From: Octopus sinensis
Taxonomy: Eukaryota
Assembly (NCBI RefSeq): GCF_006345805.1
Contig: NC_043000.1
Location: 144,336,001 to 144,400,000 of the forward strand
DNA length: 64,000 bases
Direction of reading: 5' to 3'
The notes under the pieces are model-generated. The model searched no databases. It was not told where the DNA came from and was given only the letters and a program-made list of their open reading frames with translations. A program made the position numbers and the translations under genes. Shown here piece after piece: positions 52,511-64,000 of this stretch (positions within the stretch are counted from its first letter, which is position 1; each line of letters begins with the position of its first letter).

Positions 52511-52570
<60 letters not shown>

Positions 52571-52644
52571 TATAATATATATATATTAATATAGATATAT
52601 ATATATATAATATAAATTATATATATATATATATATATTTATAT

Positions 52645-52726
<82 letters not shown>

Positions 52727-52755
52727 TATATATAAAGTGTGGTGTGTGTGTGTGT

Positions 52756-53063
52756 GGAGGCGCAATGGCCCGGTGGTTAGGTCATCGGACTCGCGGTTGT
52801 AGGATCGCGGTTTCGATTCAAGACGGGCGTTGCGAGTGTTTATTGAGGGAAAATACCTAAAGCTCCACGAGGCTCCGGCAGTGGGTGGTGGCGATCCCTG
52901 CTATACTCTTTCGCTGCAACTTTCTCTCACTCTTTCTTCTGTTGGCCTGCTCACTTAGCCAGCGGGGTGGCGTCATTTGAAGGCTAAATCAATGCGCAAC
53001 GCGTTGTGACCAGCGATGTGTAGCACCATCTGATAGCCTATTCGGTCACGGTGATGACGGTGA
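52756..53063 (+). mobile_element. tRNA-derived SINE, family D
   Basis: ggaggcgcaaTGGCCCGGTGGttagg (A box), GGTTTCGATTC (B-box-like), unique body, short (GGTGAT/C) repeat tail. Confidence 0.75.
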
Positions 53064-53847
53064 TATATATATATATAATGCTTGATGCTTCTTCTATACT
53101 CAGCACATAATCTAGCGTTTCGCTGAAATCTAAATAACTAGTCCAATTAACAGAGAGTTCAACAAGTTATATGTAATGCAGGACATTTTATTTCAATGGG
53201 GTCAATGGCTATCTGGCAATATTGTGAAGATACAATTTTGTGAGACGGTAAAAAAAGCAGTGCTACTCTATATTGAATATATAAAGTGAGTTGCTCGTTT
53301 CTTAACAGTAGTCTAGGAGATGAATGAATAATTTTCCTATGCCGTACTACACCGAATCGAGAAGGACAAAGCTAAAAAAAGTAAGACTTGAAAAGAAAAG
53401 TAGCTGTGCTGGCCATTGTTTAGGCGGTTCTAAAGAGATTGGATTTCTGGCTGCAATACAGAAACACGCAGCCGAGGAAAGATAGGCGCCATTGAGGAGA
53501 AAAAGATTTCTCTAGGATTTATCATCGTCAAAGTATTTATTAACTGCTAACCTCTCACAGCACACGTCTCGTAAGCAGGTCACAAACATCCTATAAAGGT
53601 GATAGTTTTGATTGTCACCCGTTGAGTTTCAGAGAGTACGAATTCAATATAACTGCAATGCAGCTCCGTGTTTATAGATAGATGTTAATCTCTGTGAAAT
53701 ATAATAAATACCACCGTGTTGTCGCAAACGCATATCGTAATTATCATCATTAATTGAATATTGCAAGTAATAAGGCTACAACTAATAGCAGGTCATGACT
53801 GCAATTCATTTATCTTTTTCTTAGCTAAAATAAAAGACAGCGAAATC

Positions 53848-53990
53848 GGCAGACGTGGCTGTGTGGAAATAAGCATGTTTGGTAACTACATCGTTACGGA
53901 TTCAGTCTCACATTGTGCAAGTGTCTTCTACTATAGACTCGGCTTGAGCAAAGCTTTATGAACGCATGTGATGAACAGAAACTGAAAGTA
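53848..53990 (+). mobile_element. SINE family B 5' half, diverged
   Basis: gtggctgtgtgg...gcaagtgtcttctactatagactcgg...gaaactgaaag followed by (GT)/(TA). Confidence 0.65.
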
Positions 53991-54043
53991 GTTGTGTGTG
54001 TGTGTGTATGTATGTGCGTATGTATGTGTGTGTATACGTATGC

Positions 54044-54100
<57 letters not shown>

Positions 54101-54504
54101 ATACTCATTCCCTTATCTACGTTCTTTGAGCTCGGATGGTAAATACTTATGCGCAATTAACATAGTGGGATTTTATACTATTTGTCTAAACCATGTTTTC
54201 TTACCTCTTCCTTCTCCCTTTTGTTTATATTGTATGCTCTTGTTTTGCATTCTGATTCAGATCGGTTGCCTTAATTCAAATGCCCTATGAAGATGAAGAA
54301 TTTTATTTTCGCTTTTATGTTTAGATTGCATTCTGGGAATTTTGATGAGAAACAGCTATTAGCTATGTTATGCCTTGCTTTGCATTAATCAGCAACTTTT
54401 AAATGTGCCCTCGGAAAAGCAGAGCAGGTTCCTTTTCAGAGTTTTCTTGCAAGTGGTGACTTCCCAGAAAGATTAAACAAGAGATCAATATGTCCTATTT
54501 ATTT

Positions 54505-54725
54505 GGAGGAAGCAGCGGATATACCATTTCTTTGACATCACACATCTGCAAAGTCATGGAACGAATAGGCCAACGGAAACTCATTGCATTCCTTGAGTAA
54601 AAGGACTAGCTGTGTGACACCCATCACAACTTTTGGCCTGGTACAAGCAGCTTGGTACAGCCTTTATAGCACTCAGACAATATGTTAAGGTAGGTTGAAG
54701 ACACAGATGTGCACATGATATATTT
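54505..54725 (+). mobile_element. Short CR1-group RT fragment related to the 19250 element
   Basis: ISLTSHICKVMERIGQRKLIAFLE*KD*LCDTHHNFWPG parallels 19380-19480. Confidence 0.7.
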
Positions 54726-54779
54726 CGAAATTAGGAAGCCGGAGAGAACTACATTGGGTAGATGTATGTTTTCAAAACA

Positions 54780-56231
54780 AAACTAGATCTGAGAATGACA
54801 GTGATATAGACTTTGGAGAAACAGCAACCAAAGAACATGAAAACTTCAACCAAGCAGAACCAAACAGATAACAACATTTTGCATGCGTGAAGACCTTGGT
54901 CTGTCAAAAGAGTAATCAGAACTGTTCTCTTGACATTCTTTAGAACAGGAAAAGATTTTGTTTACAGTTGAGCCGTAGGCCCGAATGTTAAACGTGATGG
55001 GTGTTAAACAGTAAGATCTTAGTGAATGGAGATTCTTTATAGATAATTCAAAGAAAAATGTGTATTATTCCGTAATGGAAACATATTTGGTGCATTTCCT
55101 ATTGGTCAGTCTGTGCACTTCAAATAGAATTATGAGCATATAGAAAGTCGTACTAGAATTACTTAAGTATGATGAACACAAATGGGTCATATGTGTGGAT
55201 GTAAAAACGGGCACATTTTACTTGGCCCACAAACTGTGTATACAAAATATCCGTGTTTCCTATGTTTATGGAATAGCCAGGCAAGAGACAAACATTCGGA
55301 AGAGAAACTCTGATCATTTAGGAAATGTTTGACTGTTGAGGAGAAGAATATCATATACCAATCACGTATTGAGCGAGAGAAAATCATTTTCCCTTACCTT
55401 CATATTAAACTAGGACTAATGATGTAATTTGTCAAAGCTCTCAATGTGGAAGGCAACTGTTTCATATTGTTATGTACAACATTTTCTGGCGTAAGTTATG
55501 ATAAAATAACGGCTGGTGTTTTTTTTATGGGCCACAAATCAGAAAGTTAACAAGGTGCCAGAATGTCTCGAACATGATGACTGACATAGAAAAAAGAACA
55601 TGGGATTCATCTGTGACTGTTGTAAAAGGATTTTGCGGAGAGTAGAAAGGCTGTAAATTACAAAGATTTTGGGAGACATTACTTTATAGCTTTCATGATT
55701 TAGGCTGCAACATAAGCATAAAGTTTCATTTTTTTCAATAGCCTTCTCGAGGAATTTCCTAATCTCGGAGACGTCAGAGATGAGCATCGTGAGAGCTTTT
55801 ATCAAACAATCAGGATTATGGAGGAGAGATATACAGGCCTATGGAACACATACATGACGACAGACTAATGTTCGAGAATTCAAAGACTCTGTGTAGATAT
55901 GAAATACTCCACATTTTCGCAAGCGAAAATTTGTTCCATATATGACAGTTCGTGCTTTAAACTTCATATTAGAAAAACAGTGTGTATTTAGTAAAATTGA
56001 TGCCATGTTATATTTCATATTGTATTGACATTTATAACATGGTTGTAAGCTATAAGACGTAGTAAGCTATCCAAGTAAATAATTTATACAGTACATCATA
56101 AGATAGAGGTATTCTATAGAATGAAGATCTGATGTGTTAGGGAAAAATGGATAACACATTTGAACTAAGCGTTTCAAAGTTAATTACAGTAATTACAAAA
56201 ACGAAGTCAGCAAAAAGTGTGTTGACCAGTG
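54780..56231 (+). mobile_element. Decayed DNA transposon, Chapaev (CMC)-like transposase plus 3' terminus
   Basis: FNQAE..DLGLSKE; NGNIFGAFPIG.S; LLKYDEHKWVICVD; YTKYPCFLCLWNS; KIIFPYLHIKLGLM..FVKAL; GPQIRKL; CNISIKFHF..FP.LGDV.DEH.E.F.Q; terminus ..GTTGACCAGTG (CACTG.. on the reverse strand). The superfamily name is from recalled motifs. Confidence 0.65.
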
Positions 56232-56237
56232 TTATCA

Positions 56238-56460
56238 TTTATTTCGCAGTCTCCAGATCATTTGGACGGAAAAATATGAAATTCGTATACAAGGTTAGAA
56301 CAGTGCTGGAGGAGTAGTTTTCATCACGGATATATGAATTTTGGAACTGGAACCTTGCAAGATAGATGGAAGAGCATTGTAGAAAATGAAGGAGAGTATA
56401 GCTTAGATTTTTTTTAAATCGTTGTTTATCTTAATTTTGAAAAATAGAAGTATAAAAAAC
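56238..56460 (+). mobile_element. mariner transposase 3' fragment
   Basis: LFRSL..HLDGK..VRTVLEE.FSSR..EFW...RWKSIVENEGEY. Confidence 0.7.
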
Positions 56461-56464
56461 TGCA

Positions 56465-56619
56465 TCATATATGGGATAACCCAATATGTGTGTGTGTATG
56501 TGTATGTATATATTCATATCTATATCCATATATATATATTATATACATATATCTAAAGATATTGGTCTGTATAACAAGGTAGCGGTAGTTGCATGCACAC
56601 ACACATACACTCACACATA

Positions 56620-56684
<65 letters not shown>

Positions 56685-57182
56685 CATAAACACACATGCA
56701 CACATATACACATACGCATATATATATATATATACACTTGTATATGTGTGAGTGTGGGTGCTTCTAGTTTCTATGTGAGTGTGTGTGTATGTTTGTGTGC
56801 GTGTAAAAAGGTATGTGCTTATTAACATTTGGCTTTTGTTCAAGTCTCCTGCACTCCCCTTTCTTTTCTGTCATGACATATTCATATTTGCTATCTCTAG
56901 TTCTCACAAAGTTTTATTTGCTCTCGTATTTATAAGATATATTAAAAAATCTCTCCATGAATTCTTAGTTTTGAAAGAATTTTTAATGGGAAAATTATAT
57001 TAATATCAATATGTAGTATCTTCAAATATTCCAAATATATACAATACACACGATGTACAATACTTACACATTTGTACACTAATATGAAATTATATAAAAT
57101 AAATACATAAAACACTTCATGTGTGCATAAATGTGTACATTTATATATACATGTATATATATATATATGTGCGTATACACAC

Positions 57183-57218
<36 letters not shown>

Positions 57219-57476
57219 CATATAAATATAAACATATATATGTATGTATATATATATGTGTATGTATATATATATATATATATTATATATATATATATAA
57301 TCTGTACAGTTATATATACATACATATATATATATATATACACACATGTGTATGTACACATATATATGTTCATATAAATATAAACACACAGACATATATA
57401 TATATATATATGTATTTATGTATATATATATATACATATATATATATGTATATATATATATTTGTATATATATGTG

Positions 57477-57514
<38 letters not shown>

Positions 57515-58180
57515 CGTGTGTGTGTGTAGCTTTCGTATTTGTGAGTGTAAATTTGTTTATTAGCTAGCAATGAAGCAATCACGAAAACATATTCATATAT
57601 GACATACAGTTATAGAAAATGTGTAAAAAAAAATATTCAGAAAGCCTTGGGAATATTTTGCGAGATTAATTGCAGCTGATATTATTGTTGATCTTGTAGT
57701 TTTCGATTACAATAATGTTGATTCTAATTGTGGTGACGATGATGATCATGATAAAGCTTAGAAAGATGATTATGGTGATCAAGTTCACTAAATGTGTGTT
57801 TATGTATATGCTTCTAAAAGCATGCGTGCGAAACTGCGTGCATGCATATGGTTTACAAAATATTCTTTTTACAATCGCCCGCACAGCATCTGCAGTGGTT
57901 TGAATCAGGAAGAAAAGACTTTGCTAATGTATAACGTGTTAGATTTTGAGTAGTTCATTAAGTGCATCATTCTATAATGAAAAGTATAGTTCCACCTCCA
58001 GCCTACAAAATATTTCCATTTAAGATATCAATAAATCTGCTATCTGCATCTCACTTTCTTTTAATCTCTCTAACTGACTCTCTATGTCTCGTTCTCTAGT
58101 GCAAACTATCTCACACCCACATTCACACACACACACGCACACATACATATATGTGTATATCCATATATGTATTATACATT

Positions 58181-58211
<31 letters not shown>

Positions 58212-58457
58212 TATATGATGATATACATACAACACACACACACATATATATACATATCCATAAATGTACATATTATACACACACAACACACACACACACA
58301 CATATATATATGTATATGTCCATATATGTATTATACATTTGTAATATATATATATATATATATATTATATACATAAATACACCACACATATATATATACA
58401 AATATGTACATACGTATATACACATGTACATATGTATACACAAACACACACACACAC

Positions 58458-58504
<47 letters not shown>

Positions 58505-58540
58505 TACACGCATACATAATGACATTTTAATATACACACA
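56465..58540. repeat. Clustered (TA)/(CA)/(TG) microsatellite blocks with short unique spacers
   Basis: Direct reading; source of the Y/I/C/V ORFs. Confidence 0.9.
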
Positions 58541-59507
58541 TATTTTAAGAAGTCGCTTGTGTGCAGCTATACGTGTGAAACACTGTTGATTTTATATTCT
58601 CACATTTATGTCTCCTGCTATAAAAAAAAACTTAAGCGTTTTCTCCCCTTTGTGCAATATAAGAATCGTTCATTCATTATTATATCAATATCTATTACTA
58701 TCTACACCGTGTTTATCGCTCTATATAATAATCTATCTCTGTATGTCTACCTGTCCGTATGTCTGTCAGTCTCCCTCTCTCATTCTGTCTCTCCCCACCG
58801 CGCACACATATACAGGGTGCGGTGAAAAAACTATTGTCTAAATTACGCATAAATGAAAATAACACTGACATATCATTTAAAAAAAGGTAAAAGTACATAA
58901 GAACATATTATATATATACATAAATTCGAAAATGGGGAAAACCTCTCAGGATAACAAACACATCGATCGGACCCACATTTATAGCTTTCTTTATACAAAT
59001 CATTGCATAACAAATAGGTAATGTTACAAATCATACGGCCGTTTCTGTAACCGTTGCAAACACTGTCTATAAATAATTGTGAAAAAAAGTTCTTCATCTG
59101 CGTAGGACATTCGAATTAAGACACGGAGCTTCATCAGATTAAAAGACAAAGACATGCAATATGAACAAAGGGAAGAAGAAATAGGAAAGAAAACATTGCC
59201 TAGAATAGAAGTCAAGAAGACCAATGTATTAATAAAAACTACACCTCGGGGCTACGAGGTCTGTAGATAAAGGAGTGCACTAGTAATGTTCTAGGGAATA
59301 CTAAAATTTATTCACGGGTAGTTTCAATATAAGTGGGGGCTAGGTGATTTTAAATTTATGAAAAGGAGTTATCAAAAAAAATTGTACAAGGAAACTTACT
59401 AACATGATTATCAAAGGGAAGTACCTGTGCTAACGAAGTCAACTCAAGTAAAATGTATCCACAATATTACCCTAAGGTGCTTAAGAAAGTGTACTCACAG
59501 AAATATT

Positions 59508-59738
59508 AAGGCGGCGACCTGGCAGAATTGTTAGCACGCCTGGCGAAATGCTTAGCCGTATTTCGTCTACCGCTACGTTCTGAATTCGAATTCCGCCGAG
59601 GTCGACTTTGCCTTTCATCCATCGGGGTCGATTAAATAAGTACCAGTTACGCACTGCTGTCGATATAATTGACTTAATCCGTTTGTCTGTTCTTGTTTGT
59701 CCCCTTTATGTTTATTCCCTTGCGGGCAATAAAGAAAT
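59508..59738 (+). mobile_element. SINE family A
   Basis: Colinear with 34264-34495. Confidence 0.9.
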
Positions 59739-59918
59739 TAGAAATATTACCGAGAATCCCACCTATGGTCCACAATGTGGCAAGTCTAAATTCAGCGTTC
59801 TCTACAATTGGTCAGTTATAATTTGAACCGAGGTCACAAGTTGTCTCTCTCACTCTGGGTATCTTTGGGTTTGGTTGATTTAAGGTATTTTCAAAAACGT
59901 CCATCCTCTCTGCGCCAT

Positions 59919-59952
<34 letters not shown>

Positions 59953-60056
59953 AGTATGTATTTATATATTTTGAACCAACTCAAAATTTTGTATGCATAT
60001 ACATGCATATGCATACACATACATATATATACGTGCATACAGACATACATGTATAC

Positions 60057-60093
<37 letters not shown>

Positions 60094-60194
60094 ATATATA
60101 TATATGTAAGTATATATATGTATTTATATATTTTGAACCAACTCAAAATTTTGTATGCATATACATATATATACGTGCATACAAACATACATGT

Positions 60195-60256
<62 letters not shown>

Positions 60257-60260
60257 GTAA

Positions 60261-60299
<39 letters not shown>

Positions 60300-60443
60300 C
60301 ATGTATCACCAAGTCTGATTCCTTCGAAATACCGATGTGTTACTCAAATTATCGTGATTTAATTACTCCCATTCACGGTTTCTGTTCTTCATATGCTGTC
60401 ACCCCTTTTTCGCTGTCAATTATGTTTCTATTTTTCTCTCTTG

Positions 60444-60487
<44 letters not shown>

Positions 60488-60716
60488 ATCTTTTTCAGTC
60501 TTTTTCCCTCTTTTCCGTTCATTCTTACTTTCGTCCTTTCTCTCTATATCTTTTTGTCTCATATGTCAGTTTTACTACACAATATTTGTCTGTTCTGTGA
60601 TGGCAGGATCCATCTTGAACACTGGTTGCATATAATTCCCCTGACAGTATATTTAGTGAAAGCAACATGCTTCATTTTCCATATTTCTTTAACTAACTTT
60701 TTTCATTACTTTTCAG

Positions 60717-60825
60717 ATCTCACATGTTATGTTAGCACCTTCAGACTTCTATGTTTTAATAATTGCTAAGGTCTACATTCAACATGTTAAGGAAGATAAA
60801 TATGCCATTTTCACCAGCCTGGTCG
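60717..60825 (+). CDS. Candidate coding exon of the host gene (109 nt, phase 0-1)
   Basis: Branch point CTAAC (60693-60697), long pyrimidine tract, tttcag|, donor G|GTGAGA; open frame [36 protein letters not shown]. Confidence 0.75.
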
Positions 60826-61122
60826 GTGAGATTTAATAACCAACATTTTCAAGTTCACGTGTAATATTTCTGAAATTCCTAACCTGTATCTATGCAGTTT
60901 TCTTTTGTTTTGTTCCTTCTTAATATTCAGTTGATATCATTTTTCAATTATATATAAAACATCAAAATTCTACAATAATTATAGAGTAATTTCAGAAGGT
61001 AAAATTTTCAGCTTTGTGCTGCAAATCATTCTATGATATTCTATACTTATACATGCATATATATATATATTATATATATATATATATTTATACTTACATA
61101 TTTCTATCTTTCAATCTCTCTC

Positions 61123-61221
<99 letters not shown>

Positions 61222-62823
61222 CATACGTATATGTATATATAATTATATGTTGTTGGCTCTGTGAATTGTTAACATCTATGTACGAACATTGAGAAATGTA
61301 GCTTTATTATTTATCGTTACGGGTTGTTGATAAACGGGTAGATAAAACAGCAGTTATGTCTGCAGATTGTTTATCAATTTGTTATCGTATCACAGATTGA
61401 TATCTCATCCTCTCGGAAACAGGTTATATAATAGTACAGCTATAATACACGTGCAGACACTTACAGTATAACAGTACACACTAGCACACAATTATGTAGG
61501 CGCATATATGTCTCTGTATATATCTGTGTGTACGGGAGTTTCTGCATAGGAAAAAATATATATATAAATATATACACATAAAGATACACATATTTTTATG
61601 TATGTATGTACTCATATATAAATGTATATATACATACTTATGTATGTCTTAATACATATGTGTGCATATGTGTTTGTGTGTGTGTTTGTATGCATATATA
61701 TATATCTCTGTGTGTGTATGTGTGTATAAATTACATATATATATACGTATATATATATAAATGGAAATAAATGCATGTGTAGGAATATATATGTAAATAT
61801 ATATGTGTGTGTGCGTGCGTGCGTGTATGAATGTGTGTGTGTCACACACGCACATACATCAAACTTTTATGAAATACTCAGAATAATTAAATAATATATA
61901 TTTAATGGAACTTGCATTGGAAATTAATTAACTTTGTTTCGAAATTAAAAGAATCACAGCCGACTATGTAAACAAAAATATTTTAAACCACACCTTATCT
62001 ACAATATCATTATACAGCAGGAATGTTTTGAATGTAAAAAAAAAACGTATAAAAATATTAAATTATGTATATTTCCTCGTTTTACGTCTGTCAAAATGAG
62101 TGATGCTAGCTCTTTTTTTTGTGGCGGGTGAGAATGACTGAGGAAAGTAATTGAATTAATATATGAGTTGCATTATTAACAGCGTAGAGCCAGTATTATG
62201 TACTTGATCAAACATATGCGACTATCTATATTATTTTTCAGCTTAGAGCGATTTCTTTTCATTTTCATCTGTAATACAAACTAAATTTCATCATGAAAAT
62301 ATCGTTGCGTTTGGCATTTCCTTGTAGTGTATAACGTTTGTGTAAGAGAGAAAAGGAAACACTATATATGATAGCAAGAAGACACTTAACTTCTGTTTCT
62401 TCGTAAGATTTAGAGGTTTCCTTTTTGTCAATCAGAAGCTTAATAGAGGGTTGAATTCTCTAAAACGTCCTAAACGTCCTACTCTTAAACACTTCTTATA
62501 AAAGAAAAGATTTTGTGACACAGCTTTTCTTTCATACTTGCACATGGCCATCCGATTCAAAGAGATAATGATCCTTTGGTTGACGAGGACTAAATTCAGC
62601 CATGTTTGCTATTATGTATGCTATTTAAGCCCTAGTGAAGTCGGTTGCACATTTATGGATGTTTTAAGTAAGCAAAAAAGAACGAGTGGGTAAATTATCA
62701 GAACTGGCAAAGTCAATCCAAATTTTTCTTTTCAATTAAGGTTCAATATTTCCTGATGTCTGAGAAGTATGAATTGCATCTTTAGATAATGATAATTATA
62801 AGAATAAATAACGATATTCATCT

Positions 62824-63560
62824 GTCAGATTGAGGAATAATTTATAATCATTTTGCTTTCTTTTTAAAATTTATTTTAAAGAAAACGTCTACAACAAATT
62901 AATAAATTATATACTCACCGTTGTTGTTTACGACTTCCTCCCATCGTTCAATAAGTTTTTCGATGTCTCTGCGATAGAAATCTTGCGGTCCTGACTCAAA
63001 GAATTCGTCCAGTTAAGCTCTAAATTCCACGTCAATATAGAACAATACACCGCTCGAAAGTGCTCGAAACGTTCGAAACAGATGAAACCTGACGGTGCCA
63101 AGTCTAGAGAGTGTGTAGGTTGTAGTAGCACTTCCCATTCGAGCGTTAATTTTTTCTTGTTTACGATCAAAATGTGTGGCACCTAGGCGCTGAGTTTCTC
63201 AACCTTGCCTATTGAATGAAGGTGGTTCACAACATTCTTTTTTCTCACATTCCATCTGCTGCGCAAATTCTCTGGGCATTTGACGGAATTTTTATGAAGA
63301 AGTTGTTTTAATCGCTCTTCATCGAACTGAATTGGTCGACCGATTTGTGATACGTTCTGGAGGTTCAGATACCCATTTTTGATGCGCGAAAATCAATGCC
63401 GAGCGGTACTTCAAGACCTTGATCCTTCTCCATACACAGCATAAAACTCACGAGTAGCTTCGGAGGCCTTAACACCTCGACTAAATGCTCAGTCGAAAAT
63501 GCTCAGATTTCTCCAAATGACATTCCCTTTTACATGTTCTAAAAATACACAAACATCAAT
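62824..63560 (-). mobile_element. Internally deleted, decayed mariner element
   Basis: N-terminal HTH (KSEHFR..GVKASEATREFYAVYGEG..FDEERLKQLL), LEWEVL.QPTHSLDLAPS (YSPDLAPS-like), C-terminal VNNNGEYIIY*, then a TIR-like end at ~62824-62860. Confidence 0.8.
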
Positions 63561-64000
63561 AAAATTAAGGGAATCAAAACACAGTATCTTGTAGAGCAAA
63601 GAAAAGTCTTTAAAATAACCAAATGTATTTTGCCAATGCGTTTTATTTCTGCTTGAATTTTTTAATTTGAAAAAAAAATCGCCTATGAAATAGTCAAACA
63701 TAAGATAAAAATGAGAGGTAACGAGGAATTTGTAAGCAAAAAGTCGCATCTACCCATGGTCTGAGTTAACGCATCATCATCACTAGTATTATCTGAAGAC
63801 AGAACTGAAGGCAATATTTTAAGTAGTTTTCAATCATATTTGTGCGGTGTCATTCAGTTACTTGAATTATATTCATAGGGAGCAGAGCACTAAACATGTG
63901 CTCAGGGAAACTAAAAAAATAAATTATACCGAATCAAATTTAATCGTATTTTCATACGAAATTGCGGCATAGTATATAAATATATTCGTGTCTGTATTTC

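Noticed and set aside
58810-59100. Tc1/mariner-like start TACAGGGTG
   Set aside because: No matching opposite TIR or transposase similarity found.

Overview
AT-rich, microsatellite-saturated eukaryotic DNA. The SINE, LINE and transposon families look like those of octopod cephalopods (inference from repeat families, not proven). Most of the window is transposon debris: Penelope-like elements (PLEs) with hammerhead-ribozyme-type terminal repeats, three R4/Dong-type RLE LINEs associated with (TAA)n tracts plus an inverted fragment, CR1-group and RTE fragments, a small Helitron with both termini, a Chapaev-like transposase relic, two mariner relics and about ten tRNA-derived SINEs. A + strand host gene of unrecognised identity appears to span the window as short, phase-compatible exons (6257-6340, possibly 24256-24279, 31731-31768, 35250-35327, 60717-60825). 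The most unusual feature is a ~3 kb mosaic satellite at 41.4-44.35 kb beside the Helitron. It holds six full copies and one partial copy of a 36-codon minus-strand segment reading like the N-terminus of a CRESS-DNA virus Rep (RFCFTLNNY, motif I), each with its own upstream flank, separated by AAAATTTTCG-type spacers and a ~31-bp minisatellite. Also notable is a near-perfect 158/159-bp-arm palindrome at 24.8-25.1 kb carrying a complete hammerhead fold on each strand, next to a PLE whose inverted terminal repeats differ at two ribozyme core positions. Exon, palindrome and motif coordinates were read by hand and should be close to exact; most TE boundaries are approximate. No database searches were run.
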